Below, piece after piece: positions 1-14,288 of a DNA stretch of 64,000 nt; position 1 is the first letter of the stretch, and each line of letters starts with the position of its first letter. Source of the DNA: Balanoglossus misakiensis (lineage: Eukaryota; Animalia; Hemichordata); the NCBI GenBank assembly GCA_040954595.2, contig CM082579.2, positions 8,545,625 through 8,609,624 of the forward strand, given 5' to 3'. The notes below the pieces were generated by a model. That model worked only from the letters and a program-made list of their open reading frames with translations, made no database searches and was not told the DNA's origin. The position numbers and the translations under genes were made by a program.

Positions 1-662
1 CTAATGATGTTAATGACACCCCGGGCTTCAATCCCCCCTTGGCATCGGACTGATTGAATTTACTTTACACTATAGCGTACGTAGTTCGACGACAAGTGAC
101 TATGAGTAAAACACCCGGCCAACGACCCGAACCGTCGACTAGTATGTTCAAAAGGATGTGGCACGTGAACCCTTTTAATAATAAACGACGTTATCACTGT
201 CTGTGTCGCAGATACGAGCAAGGCTTGTTGATATTCATGTCTTGCATCGACGGTGACAGCGGGCGGAATGGAAATCAGCACTTACGAAGAAAGCCGTCAC
301 AGGAAGGTACAAAAATCAATCACAGAATGCAAATTAAATGGCAAGGGAATACATTTGATGCACACCAAGCAGCTCGCTTTATTAGAAGTCCCATCACTAT
401 CTGTGGTAATCAGTGTTTCATAAAACGGAGGTGTTACACCGTGGTCTTCTTTTGCATCTTGTATCACAATCTGAGGGCAAACAGGACATTAGCTGAATGA
501 TTTTTTTTCTCCAGTATTTTTTTGGTGGAGGGGGGTACAAATTACATTTTATTCTCAATATTAAAAACTGGGCAATATAATGTGCTTTCAAGAAATAAGC
601 AAAACTGTAGTTGATGCACAGTTCAAATTTACAGAAGATAAACGATATAGTGGTCGAGATTT

Positions 663-733
663 CACCACTACCACCACCACCACCACCACCACCACCACCA
701 CCATCATCACCACCACCACCATCGTCATCGTCG
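663..733. repeat. (CAC)n/(CAT/CGT)n microsatellite
   Basis: Seen directly. Confidence 0.95.
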
Positions 734-3318
734 TCCAGGTAGCTCGATCCGCAAACATACACGTAAAGTGGTAGATCTAACTCCTGTTACAACCATTCTT
801 CCTTTGACAAGCGTTCTAGATTCCATTCAGTACAGGTCAACTTCCCCAGTGTTTATTTTTGGTGTAACGTACACATTTGGACCACACTGGTATATTCTAC
901 TTCAACAGAGAATGATCCGAGAGAAACAGCTATCGTTAAAACGATTAGCGAGGCACTCGCTGACATCGCCTATTTACCTACACCGTCGAAGTACAGGTAT
1001 CGCCGTCATGATGGATGCGATCGCGCAACATTATACACCAGTATAATTTTCACGGATTCAAAAATAGCTTTGGTTAAAGCGTATCACTGTAAGCTAAACT
1101 ATCCCTATCGTGTTCACTGGTTGAGCATGTCAGTTGAAGAGTGCTAACCGATGCCAGCAACGATGACATGAAGAACGGCCTCTGTAGTCTACTATATGCA
1201 GAGGTCGTCCTCCACATCACCATCACCTGTGGATAGATGTTATCTTTCACCTGTGCTTTTGCCGAGATACAGGCAACAGCGTGACAGGACAAAAGACGTT
1301 TGTTTGGACGGCGTGCACGGAGTCACAACTTCGTGACACTTGGCACCGGGTGATTATGAGACCAAGCTTCTTGCCCTTTTGAGGAGGCAGAAAAACGCCA
1401 GAACATACACAGGACGACGCGAAAACTCGCCAAATATTTACTGACACGCTGTCGTGACATCGTGACACTGCAAACAAAAAGGGAAATATCCGTATGGCGA
1501 CAGAACCAGCATCACACAGTCAACATAAACACTCGCGTCAAAGATGTTTCACTCTTTCGTTCAAAACTAGCCAAACAATCGCTTGGTGCAAAGGGTCTGA
1601 ACGCGGGCAGTAACTGTAAATACTAATACCCGTTTTCCGTTACCGGAGAAACGACGTGGAATGGTTTTCAAATCTGAATATGTGTACATGGGACCAACGA
1701 CTATACTTGGTGGGAAACTTCACAGTAGTTTAAGATTTTGCATACTCGCTTGATTGCCAACTACGCATTCTCGGTTGTAAAGGTACTGGTTCCCTGTATC
1801 GCTGGTTGCGACCAGTAATACCGTGCAAAATAGCTGGAACAAGTATATGAAACGTCGAAAAGGATGAACACAGCTTTTTGTCAACGAGTAATGTTTAACA
1901 GTGGGTATCTCTCAAGGAGACTTAGACATGACACGGTATCTATCGTTTTGCCATCTTATGGCATTACAAATGTATTATTTATTGCAATTTATTTACAAAC
2001 CATAGGCCTCTTTCTACTGTCTATGTAAAAACTAAACAAAATGCAACTTAGGCAAGGAAGGGTGTAAACTCAAATAGTTGGGGGTGAGAGTCGTCCTATA
2101 AAATTCAACCCAAGGCGTCCGAAAATATCTTCCACAAAGACAACAAATACTTTTTGTGTGTTTTTTTCGATGAAAAATGAGTTAAATATTAAATTCTCCC
2201 CTTCTGAAAATCCCCTTCACAAGATAAGGCTACTGGTATGTAATACTTATTAGTTTAGAAAGTTCATTTGCTGAAATGTTACTTTACGAAGAGGGACATG
2301 TCAACATGAGTCGCTTGATATTCCTCTGATAGATGAGAACACAAAAGGGGTATCCCCCCTCTCTTCCAGGATCTGTTGTAAAAGCAAAAATACTTGATTG
2401 TAGTTTTGGCATTTCCACTTAAAATAATGCAGCGCCATTAACCACGCATAATCCACCTCAAATTTCAAACTAATGCCATCACCCCTGAAGATGATTTTTG
2501 AATGTCTGTCATTAAAGTTCACCACAGCACGACATTCTTGTGTGTTGGTGTAAATGCAGCCACCCGAATATTTCCAATATAGTCTCCACATGCAAGGAAA
2601 CGATGGCATTGTCACGATTAGCAAACCTATGAAAGACAAGCTGAGATTTTTTTTTTGAGATTTTGTAAATACTGAAAATAATAAAAAAGTTGTTGTTTGA
2701 ATGATATGTAAACAAAGTGGCTTGTGAACCTCGTCCACGAGCCAATAATCTGCTGCGCTCGGGTCACGTGCACACCGAGCATAATACGCAGCTGGTGAGT
2801 CGAGTTGTGTGGAAGAAAGGCAGCAGATTACGAGTATCTTGTGCCGGCTATTACGTCCATTTTTAAGACGTCCCTACTTTTTTATACTTTTTTTCAAACT
2901 GACAGGAACCATTAAACATCTTCCAACAAAGTCATCTCGATTGCTTTTTTGCATTGGCAAGTATTATGAGCGAATTGGCAAGTATGCGGCTGATACGCGA
3001 AGACATCGTTCTTTTGCGTGACGTCTGGTTTTACGACTCTGATAGGAATTCCGCGTAATGTCAGCTGTACCGCAGAAGTTAATGGGAAAGTTTTGGCGGG
3101 AGGTTTTGGCAGCTCATTTAGTTTGGCAAGATGCAGAGCGAGAATACACAAAAACTGTCCGCGTAAAGCCGCGACTTCACACTTTCTGACTATAGAATAA
3201 GGGTTAGCCGTATGATCGGCCTCGTAGAAATCTTCAGACCCCACTACCGCCATCTTGTCGGCAGAAGGACAAACGCCACCAAGTGGCCTAATTGTCAATT
3301 CACAACGGCACGACACTG

Positions 3319-5745
3319 TTATCTCCCCGGCTGGGGCTGATATGAACCGTTCCGCTTGCCGTTCTCATCCACCTGCACGTCGTTCGACGTTTCTTCCAGC
3401 AACATTTGCTTTTGTTTGGTAAATATCCGTAAAGCCTCCTCGAAAATCTTTTCGTCGTAGTACAGAGCCTCCCTCACGCGCTTATCGGCCATCAGTCTGT
3501 TCCGATACTCGTTCCTGGCGCTGTCCGAGTTCCTCTCCTTGTTGTAGTTCGTGGACACGCTCTTGCACTCCTTGGCGAAGGGTATCCCGTAGGCCTTCTC
3601 CAGCATCTCCAGGCTGAGTCCGTACTCGTCGGACATTCCAATGACCATGAACCACTTCTCCAAGTTCCGGACGACGTAGTCCAGGAGTACCTGCTTGGAC
3701 GTGGCGTTCAGATGGTAGTCCAAGAAGGCCTTGTGGTTGTACCAACAGTGCACTTTCTTGCTCTTGTCTATCTTGTCCCGCTCCCCGACGGCCTGCAGCT
3801 CCGGGCTGTCCTTCAGATTCAGGCGGCAGATGTCCACGTTGAAGAGTATCTGCGCGAACAGGTGGCTGCCCGTGTGGAGCGCAAAGTCCTCGATGGAGAT
3901 GGTGTCCACCTTCCACAGGATGCAGATGGGGTCCAGCGAGTGCACGGCGATGCAGTACTCGTACGCCGACACGATGCGGTCGTACGGGTCCCGGAGGACG
4001 GTGAAGTACGAGCACGGCTCGCCGTTCTTCTTGGTGTCGCAGACACCGAAGGCCGCGTCGCCGTAGAAGAGCAACTGGTTGTTCGTCTGGTAGTTCTCGG
4101 AGGCCCGCTTTTGAAAGAAGGCGACAACGGAACCGTCCCAGATGAGTCGCGGCGCCGCCGGCGACACGGTCTTGGCTATTTTGCTCATGCACTTGCGCAT
4201 GCTCATGCCGGCACACTTCTGGTGGTGGAGATAGGAGATGGCGATTTTCTGGCCGGCGAGGGCGTCCCGCTCTTGGGCCGACAGCATGGTGTAGAAGTTT
4301 GGAATGTAATTTTCGCGTCGTACCACGGGGTAGCCAACATTGGGTATAGTGTCCGACTGGCTTGCTAAAGTTATTTTTGAAGTGAAGTTCTTCATCACGA
4401 TCGGTAAAATCGAAGCAGGTCTGTAATCAGAACAAAACCATGTCCATTAATGTTTTTCTATAACCTTTACCTTTCTATATCAATTTGCTGGTCGCCGTAT
4501 CTCAAAACATTCACTTAATTTATAGAAAAGCCAAGACGGTTGATGAGATATTTAACATAATTTTTATAGTTGTCGCATGTTTTGACGCGACCGTTTAATC
4601 ATGGAATATCTCATCTCAGGGTGATTAATGACACATAAATGAGCTACTGAGTTACGCATCACTGTCCTCGAACTGAGATCGGTGCACCGGCGTAACAACC
4701 GCGATAAATACGCCCATAATTTTCAGTCAAAGCGTTCAGAGAATATTACTGTTGGAAATCTAAAAATGTTATCCAAACTTTGAACGCGGGACTTGGTAAT
4801 CAAAATTTCGCCGTTTTGCAACTAAAGAGTTTAATTTGTTGTCTTATAATGTTGACGGCGAGTGACGCACAGCCCTGTATAACAGAGAGATCGTGCATGA
4901 CAGCACTCAAATTAATGTTGCGTCTATGTGGGATAAGATATACGAGAATGAGACTGCTATTTAATACCCACATGATCTGACAGGTCTCGCGGTCCCTCGT
5001 TAATCAGGGCCATTAACACATTTTTAAAGTCTGGCATTCTATAGATTATGACAATCATTAGTACGCGGGGTTCTAGGGGTACTTTTGAAAAATGTTGGAA
5101 CATGATACTCTCACCACCAATATCAAGGTCAATTTCTTTACAATTATGTTTGACAAGCCTTTAAAACATAGTAAAGATAGGGAGATTCTCACTACACAAG
5201 CATCAGAAGTCTTGCAAATATTCAGCGCGTAGGTTACCTGCATGAGACAAGTTATGCGCCGTGAGCGAATTGCTGAAAGAATTATGTGTGCCCCCTTCTC
5301 CTAATACACTGTACATCATTTTATAGTGTTTGGGCGTCATCATCGATGCAAGCAGGATATCATGACAAGCCGCGGCAGAGTGCGAAAACATCTGCCGGAA
5401 TGTCAATAGGCCTTATTATGCGTTTCTCGTTGCGCCGTCCATAGCATGTCGATCAACAGGTAGGTATATGTACGCGACGAGAGGGTATACATACATAGTG
5501 GGTTGATTGTTGAAACTAGAGGGGGGGTCCAAACGACCCAAATTCACACCCACCAGGCAGTGCCCGCGGAGGGAGGGAGTGGGGGGACTATGCACTCACC
5601 TGGAGAACGTTCCCCTCAGTTTATTAGCACCGGGTTCATTCAGCTCCGGAGCGGACAAGGAGAGATGGAATGCTTGAAACATGCACGTCAGCAGGATGGC
5701 GACGAAGGCCAAGAAAAACAGCCGCCGCACCCGCCTAGGTATCAT
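3319..5745 (-). CDS. Golgi type II membrane sulfotransferase (Sulfotransfer_2 / Gal3ST-HS2ST-like); coding exons 5600-5745 and 3319-4420
   Basis: Exon 1 encodes MIPRRVRRLFFLAFVAILLTCMFQAF (basic tail plus signal anchor) and ends AG|GTGAGT. It joins in frame (phase 2) to the acceptor ttacag| at 4420 and the 359-aa ORF. That ORF carries a 5'-PSB motif YLHHQKCAGMSM and a 3'-PB motif YFTVLRDPYDRIVSAYEY. An acceptor just upstream of the ATG implies a non-coding 5' exon. Confidence 0.88.
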
Positions 5746-6938
5746 GGCGCACCACCGTGTATCTGTGGAAGAAACGGTGATAATTTAACAACCTGCGTTG
5801 AAACCAGGCATTAAAAAAACATACGGTCTGTAATTGTGTTTCAGCATCTGGGCGGCCGTGGATACTATTGAGCAGATGGTACTAGTCCACTATAAAAGCC
5901 GCAATAGTCTGCACGTCTTTTCAAATTATGCATGGCATTTTGGTCGTACTCGCGCATAAAAAATAAGCCACGCTTCCCTGTTTAAACCAGGTGTTTTTGG
6001 CATCATCGGTAGGTTTGCAGCACCTCTACTGATAGTGCTTACCGCAATGTTCAATGAACAGACACGTTGAAACAAGCGAACTGAGTGTACCAGACGGAAA
6101 ACGGGAACGTGTATACCCGGTCTATCGCTCTGCCAGCACAACGTACATCAGACAGTTACAACCCACGTGATGATTCGGTGTAAACGACTGACCCATATAC
6201 AGCGGCCAGAATCAAACTGAACATTTAAAACCCCTTTGTGTGTGTATGTCGCCGAGTGGGTACTTATGCACATACAAGTTATTTTTGCTGCATGCATTCG
6301 CCATGTACCTACCTGCATTTTTAAACGGCACTGGTAGGTTCATATGCTTTGTTAAACTGTTTCACGATTTCACTATTCCTGGGCGCTCAATTTCAACGCG
6401 GTCACCGTAAGAAATATTTTCTCTGTCATTTTCTCCGTCATCTCTGTCATTTTCTCCGTCAAGTTTAAATTTATATAGTCACAGAATAATACAAAAACAG
6501 TGGTTTTTTAAAAAAAAATAGTTTTTACCTGAATAGTACAAAATGTCATGGAAACATACTTAAACATATGGTTTCTTTTTGTGCGTTATAAGCTGTATTC
6601 CCAGTACGCTACGAGAATATCTAAAATATCATTTTAGTACCAGGTTGGGTCAGATGGTGCTTAGCACATCCTTATATTCGAAGGAAGCAAGCTAACACGC
6701 AAATAAACAGAGCTATGTATAGTTCTTAGGTTTGGAGGCAAAAAAACAGACGAGTCATCATCACAAACTGAAATTATACATACTATGAACGATGCCCCAG
6801 TCAAGCGCAGAAATGATTCGCCGAAACAGCATTTCTCTTGGGTCGTGTTGCTGTTGCTCATTCACTAAACAGTCAGACTATAGCTGGAATGCGTCTGCAC
6901 GCCAAGAGAAGGCAGATGTATGAGCGGCTCTCGAAAAT

Positions 6939-6948
6939 TCTCGCGAGA
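6939..6948. promoter_or_regulatory. TCTCGCGAGA promoter palindrome, possibly near the sulfotransferase transcription start
   Basis: Perfect 10-bp motif about 1.2 kb upstream of the sulfotransferase ATG. Confidence 0.35.
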
Positions 6949-9900
6949 CCAAAATCTCCTCTCGGGTAATGAAATTGTGAATGACGGCCGTTGCGGCCGA
7001 GAAGTGACCTGTTTTACTAACACATTTTCCCGCCAACTGAACACTTTACAAACCAGTCGAGTTTGAAATTGTAATTAAGGTTGGCCTTAACTTAGTCATC
7101 GACGAGACGATTCCAGATCGACAAAAAATTCCCGCAATTTTAAACTGAAGCAAACATATTCGAAAACCGATTGAAAATAAGACTCCTCGCTGATGTCGTG
7201 AACCTTTTCGTTTTAACATGATTGGAACTATTTTGGGATAATTGCTTTGTGAATAAATCGCGTAACAAACAAACCGTCATTATTTTTAACTACAGCATGG
7301 CAAAACGTAGCAGGTGTGTAATACATCATTCTGTGCCAAGAGTTTTCATGTTCAGTTAACCCCTGATCGTTCAGTTGTGTACAATTGATTTCAACTGTAC
7401 AAATCGATATTTTTGTCGGGCGTTATAACTCGCAGCTATAGAACCATGGCCCCATACAGGTTCGATCTATTTTCTTTTTTATAACTTTGGTAATGTAACT
7501 TTTTATTCCCTCTTATTGATTTTTAGTAGTTTTTCACGATGTAAAAACCGTGTCAGGTCTGTAAAGGAAAAGAATCCGACGCCACGAACTCGCATCGGCA
7601 CACGACTCTAATTGTCGACAAATAACCCATTATTCCAGTATTTTATGGGTCATGTGACTTTCGGGTAGTTTTATAGTTTGGAGATATATGATGTATTTTA
7701 TATGAACTGGTGCGGTTTATTGAAATTTCGGGGCTATTAATATTTTATTTCTCGGTTCCGCACTACAAATGTATGACGATCTAGTTTTCCGATTTTAATC
7801 AAATTATACCACAGTTATGGAAATAAGAACGGCATTGCATTATGCTTTTTTGGTCATTTGCTCTATTTGTGCGTCATCAGGGTTCTCTGTTTGCACGTCA
7901 CAACAATAATCAACGGTCAAACTGAAGACTTGTTGACGCCGTCCATCTACAAGTGCATCCGTGACCACTTACTTGACCAAAGCAAGCTCAGCACACGGAC
8001 AAAGAATTAACGCATACACATGCGCCTTGATTTTGTTTTGCAGTACGATCCCCGATTGTCACAGTACAGTTGCCCCCACCACCCGCAGTTTTCAGTGGTG
8101 GCTGTGTCATCGACGATTTCTTGATTTTGTTTTTACAACCGCTGACCACAGGTGCTCGCTAAGTTGCGTGCTTAGTCTATTGGGAGCCTGTACACTGAGA
8201 GAGTAATATATATATCGGCCCCTATAGATTATCCACTCAGACGAACAAATATATACAAGTGGCAAAAGCCTGTTGAATTCCCATCGACCACGCTATTCCA
8301 CAACAGTTACTTTGCGCCTGAACACTATAACGGATTTTTTTCCAGAGTTGCTGTTTCTCCTTAAAAATGCTCGTCTTTCATATCCGAAAACCCAATTTTT
8401 GTGTAGTATATTTTGTTCTGATGGGTGACATTAAAACCCCACGTCCCTGCTATGCATGTTATAATGTATTACATTAAGGAATTGTTTCCATGTGTGTACG
8501 AAAGGGGAATCTATACAATCCGATAACAGTACGCGAGACGGCAGGGGACGCAATTTCACCGAACGAGGCTGGGATCGTTGCCACGGTAACAGGCCGTTGA
8601 ACATTTTAAGCGGCTTATGTGGTACATGTAACTTGATATACCTCGAACAATTGGATGCTGATGCGGTGAGAATTGATGAAAGATATGCAACGCCGCGATT
8701 TTGTCTGCAAGAAGGAGAGGCAACCGGGCGACGAGTTTCCAGTCTACTCGGTCCCCACCCCGGACTGTACGCGGCCACCTCAACCTGTCTGTTATTGATG
8801 AGCGCACGTGCAAAAAACCTACGCAGCGCACCATCAATTATGTGCAGCACTCTTGGTTGTTTTTGTAACAACACTGACAGACTGTCATATCACTGCACAC
8901 AATGGCCTGCCTTCAATATAATGAAACGCTGAGAGCTTCTGATCGACCACCGATGTCAGGGCACTATCGGCCTCGGCGAGTCAATGAGCGCTCTACACCG
9001 AGGAATGCGCTGTGATTAATTCTCCGAACGGATCCTACAAGCCTATAACGCGCTAAAGCTATGCGTACACTTACCAAGGCCGTACATCAGACCATGAAAG
9101 TAATATTCTCTGGCAGGATGTAGATATCCCATGCCTAAGTCCCCGGCGTCGATATACCGTGTGACCAGCGTAGCTGATGATTACGAAGTTATAAATATTC
9201 GCGCTATATTTACAAATGATACACGGGCTAGGGGCACTTTGTATTATTTATGGCTGTACTGTACGTGTGAATAAACTAATCGACTTTTCATTCTTTTCCC
9301 CGCGATCGACCTCACAGCGAAACAAGCTACCAGACATTATACAAATATGTTCAACGACTGAGTTTCCAATTTGAGCTATTCAGAATTTTGTGCTGGTCTA
9401 ACGATCACCCGATATTCACCTCCAAACTGAGATGGAATCGTCACATTGCGCCATATTGAACAGTTGATCTAACCGATAAAAAACGTTAGCAAGAGTTTTT
9501 ATATTGAATCAAACTGAATGTTGATTTATAAGTAATTCAACTGTGCTAACACCTGCACGTCTCGGAAAGAAATACCTCGTTAATTTCCATATTCCATAAA
9601 CTGGAAAATATGACGTTTGACAGGAACTCTACATTTTGCATAGTTTTATGCATGAATTGGGAATAACCACCTTGTATCGGACACGGGGGGGGGGGGGGGT
9701 CCAACGTGCAAAATTGGGGTTCGTTTCTTTTGATTGGTCGGTTGCAGTTTCTATGTATAACCGTTTACATCTGTCGACAAACAGATGCAAATCGAGTCCG
9801 TCGACGTCATATTCTTTTCAAGGCCCTGCATGTTACACGTGTGTAAACTGTACGGGAACACGTGTCGAACAAGGAACAGTCGCGTATTTGTGGCCCATTC

Positions 9901-12900
9901 GCAACAGTTTCTCAAGGCTGTCTGTGATTGGTCAATTTCTTTGTAGTTCTTTTGTTACATACATCTGTTCAAAAGGTGCAGTGAAGATCGCACATTAATT
10001 AATGCGATATCTCAAACTGACCATGCTGACTTTAGCGACCAACTCAAGTTTTTTTAACATGTATCGGAAAGCACAAACGACGATTTAACATGGTTGGGGG
10101 AGGGGTTAATGGTTCATGGGGGGAGTGGTCCGGTATTGTGTGTAAATGTGGAAGTACGCTCAATGAGAAAAAATAAAACAGAGTTAAAGATCGCAAGCAT
10201 TCGATTATAATTGGTGCTCCGAGTTAAATGTCTTGATCCGTACTAACATCAGACTCGGTGCACAAATGATGACATGTTGGCGCGAACATATGTATCCCCC
10301 GCGGCCTCGGTAATTTATCTTACACAGAACGACACTCGATCGTCGCATGTCTCACTAAACACGGATAGACTGTCGGAATCTATATTTGGTTCGGGGCAAC
10401 AATTCATTGTTAGTCCTCCTGCCCTTTCCGCTGTCCTCTTTTGGAGACCGAGAACGAGTCGCTGCAGAAAGGAAAAAAACGAATTGTTTCTCGAATTGTG
10501 CCTTCGTCTATCTACCCTTTCTAGAAATGAAACAGAATATTGGAATTCAGAAAATTCTTGTCCACACCATGCGAGGGACAGTCAGCCGACTGCTGAAACG
10601 CCCTGGTTAGGGCCTACCGCAGTTCAGTATACAACATGCCAACGTGAGCCCAACTCGCTCACTCAGGTTTGGGTCTAGACATACACCTTGATTATTTTTT
10701 AACATGGTGCCGCGCGCTGCATGTTTAAACGTCTGTAGATCCCAAAGTCAATCCCCTTCTGGAGGCGAGAGCTTCTGTCGGTTAAAAAAACACGTGCAGG
10801 GAACCCAAGCAAGGAAGTCGCAGCGCCACGTATTTTCTCCAGCCATACTCTCGAGAAAATAACTCGACGAGAACACTGCACTGCAATGTCCTTAAAACTA
10901 CGGAGCTGCTGCAGCTCCTGTTGGTACAGTGAAGTCTGAAGAACCCGTGCTTTGTCTGCAAGGCCACGGTGTCTGTTATTCTGTGTAGCAGAAAACATGA
11001 CCTCAGAACAAGCCACAAGTCGTCTCGGCTCGTGTGACTCATCGTGAATGGGGCAGCGAGAGGGGTACTGATAAAAAAAACCTCGCCTGCCACCTGAGCG
11101 GGTTTCAGCGTATACTCACACTGATCCGACGAGATAGCTATCAGAACGCCGCGACATCGACTCCCGTTCCAAGGACAGCAGCTGACTTCGGGATGGCCAG
11201 GTCGACATCTACTGGTTGTTGAATTGGTATGTGTAGACGTGTACACATAAGTACATGCGTGACGCACGTCCTTTCAAGACGCCTTCAAACTGTGTATCCG
11301 GATACCCCGCCGTTCGTTCGCTTCACCATTTCAGCGCACTCGCCCGTTTAATACCGTCCCTGGCTGAAACACTGGCGTGCGCAGACACAGTTCACTGACT
11401 GCATAGTGTTTTTTCTCGCTGCAAGATGCATGCAGCGATTTCATAAGCACTCAATGCGACGTCCGCTCCCCAGTCAAGCTGACAGGAATTTGACCTCAGT
11501 GGTGGCGACCTATGCTAAACCACGGACCTGACCCCGGCGCTACCTCACACTTTCTCCGGCCACATGCGCAGTTTTCCTGCTGAAACTATGAGTCCGAGTC
11601 TACATCCATATAATATACATTAATGTTAATAAAATTGAGAAATAAATGAATATCAATATTGTAGATAATAGGCGCGTATGTTCGAACATAATTGTCGAGG
11701 TAAAAAGGCAATCATAAACCGGATAGCTTTCACGGCCTTGCTTTTCTAATATGCATTGCTTTTTTCATCTAATTTGAATCCAACATATCGTTCAACATTC
11801 CCCACAGAATTGACAGAGCGCGAGGCGGCCGTTTTAAAACCTGACTATTGAATAATTGCGTCACTTATGCGAAAAGACGCACACAAGCTGTGATATGTTG
11901 TTACGGATCATAATTTAAAAGACTCCAATCAAGATGACATGGAAGTATACAGTATCTGCGACCGACCCAATTTCCTCAGCCAAATTACACCCGCTGCGAG
12001 TCAATTTTTGGTATGCATGTATTAGGCCTATATCATGCAATGCCGTAGCTGGTTCAACCAGAGGGTCTTTCTATGCTGGCCAGTTGCCATTTTAGTCAAG
12101 TTCAAATGCACACTGTGTTTTCTTAAATTATAATGGAACCAACATGCTATATAATTTAGCCTGATTACAAAATGATTGCTGCATTTTCCCGACCAACTGA
12201 ACCTTGCCAATGGCCATACGATAAGGAACTAAAAAGCGGGTTCGCACCTGTACAGGCTACAGCGCAGGTAATAATTGCTTCGGATAATTTGATTTATAAG
12301 TACGGACAAACTTACTTTGTCTGTGCACTCAGCCAGTTTTTGTGTTCAAAAATGATTTGTTTTCAGACTTTGTTCACTTGTAAGGCCTTAAGGGAATGTT
12401 CTCTGTCCACATCGCCATTAGAAGACCCCCAAAAGATAATACGTAGACACTTGGGAAGGTTTGAGGCCGGAAAATAGCGACCTTTCACGGGGTATAATGG
12501 GTCTAACCCTTAGGGTCAGCAATATTCATTCTCAGGTAGAACTAGGCCGTTCGGTACGTACGAACTGGGTCATGTGGTACACTATACGTCGACGGTGTCC
12601 TCTGACTTCTTTATGAGGCCGAACTTTAATTGACTATTAACTATCTTGGTAGTTTTCGGATGAAACGTCCGGGTATTTCAACAACTACGTGTGACACGAA
12701 ACTGTACAGTTGATCATACCCGGATATAAATGCAGTAGACAAACTTATGAAAAGCTACTGGCTGTTGTCCTTTGTGTGATATTTAGGTTTCACTGACTGC
12801 TACGCGCGTGGGTGGTTTCTCCAGAAATAAGCGCCTCTATCCAATTCTTTGTACGCCCCTGCAAGTTTTACCAAAGCCCACCCGCGCGTCCGTGATAAAA

Positions 12901-14195
12901 GAGAAAACAGCCAAATAAAACACAACGTGAATACACAAGTCAACTGGTTTCAAGGTCGTTGGTATATAGAGAGCTGCGTGATCTATTTTCAAATTGTATA
13001 GCTTCAGGGGTAATCCATTTGATATGAAAGGGGAGGGGAAATTTGCCTTACCCATGCACACACTTTCATGAAACAAATCGACATAAAGTGAGTGTCTCAT
13101 GCTGCAAAAAATACAACAATATAAATAATCTCGATATGTGGAGCTGTGATACCAGGCATAACACAAGACCAAAAATTGAGATCACCAATCTGGCCATCAG
13201 ACAAATGTGAAATTTTACAAACGGGGGCGATACAGATGGCGAGTCGGTTGCTATTTCTGGAGACAATCATTTTAAAAGCATTCCTGTAGCATTACGCCTC
13301 TATCCATATTACATGGCTGTTGCGGCACACAACCCATGAGTGATTAATCTTATTTCTTCGACGAAAAACATTCGCGTCTTAAAATCTTTTTTTTTCTGGC
13401 ATTTACGGCTTACAGTGTCACTACAGAGATTCATATAAAGTGGGGTCTACTTTAAAGTGAAAATTATGCCATTTTCCTGATTTTTGTAAATACTGTATAT
13501 AAGTTAATTTTAAATTCATTGATTAACTTATACAATAACTCCGTTCTTTCTACAGGAAAAGCTTACTTAGCCCGTGTATCCAGGATTAAGTTGGATGGAC
13601 GACATTCTGTCATGGAGGAATCACGATGGGACTGTCCTTTAAACCATTTTTGGGGTCTAACAACAGTTTTTCAAACGAGCACTATAAAAGGTGTGGAATT
13701 TGTTTGTTCAAAAGAACAGTTCTCGGTACTCAAGTGGCTTTTCAAACCGAAGCTCGTCTGTCATGTTCAATGTGGCATGAAGAGTACTAATATACACATG
13801 CGCTGAAAGAGCGAATGCGCAGGTAGTTAGGGCGTGGCAACCCCTGCCCTTGTACAGCGACAATGCTACGCAGGCGGTCGTGTAGTCTGGGCGTGGGGGC
13901 AAACTACCTGGTCAGACACGGAGGCAAATACGAAAATGACCGCGTCTGTAAACCTGCCTGTGTGAACACTTTTAAACGTCCCTTGGCAAAGTGACTTTGC
14001 TTTCGGTATTCGTATTACACTGTAAGCACTGCGATCGATCAATAATCAACAGTCTCGCTTGTCAGACCTCTAACCTTCTGCACTTAGTGGGTTAGAGGTC
14101 CGGCAAGCCAGAATGTTTTCAGATTGGAAGTCTGGCAAGGAATGTTGCAGTCGATATTGCATGTCTCTCTCTTGTCTCTATCTTTAATATCTCTA

Positions 14196-14288
14196 TCTGT
14201 CTGTCTGTCTGTCTGTCTGTCCGTCCGTCCGTCCGTCCGTCCGTCTGTCTGTCTGTCTGTCCGTCTGCTGTCTGTCTGTCTGTCTGTC
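14196..14288. repeat. (TCTG)n/(TCCG)n microsatellite
   Basis: Seen directly. Confidence 0.95.

Noticed and set aside
418-774. Poly-Gly/Thr ORFs
   Set aside because: Translations of the (CAC)n microsatellite.
1-1500. Possible exons or a gene end at the window start
   Set aside because: I could not build a consistent spliced frame or recognise any motif on either strand.
2912-3316. 134-aa ORF directly after the sulfotransferase stop codon
   Set aside because: No ATG start and no recognisable homology; most likely 3' UTR.
3482-4368. Long overlapping and antisense ORFs over the sulfotransferase exon
   Set aside because: Shadow ORFs caused by high GC3 codon bias. The same applies over the serpins and the ART gene.
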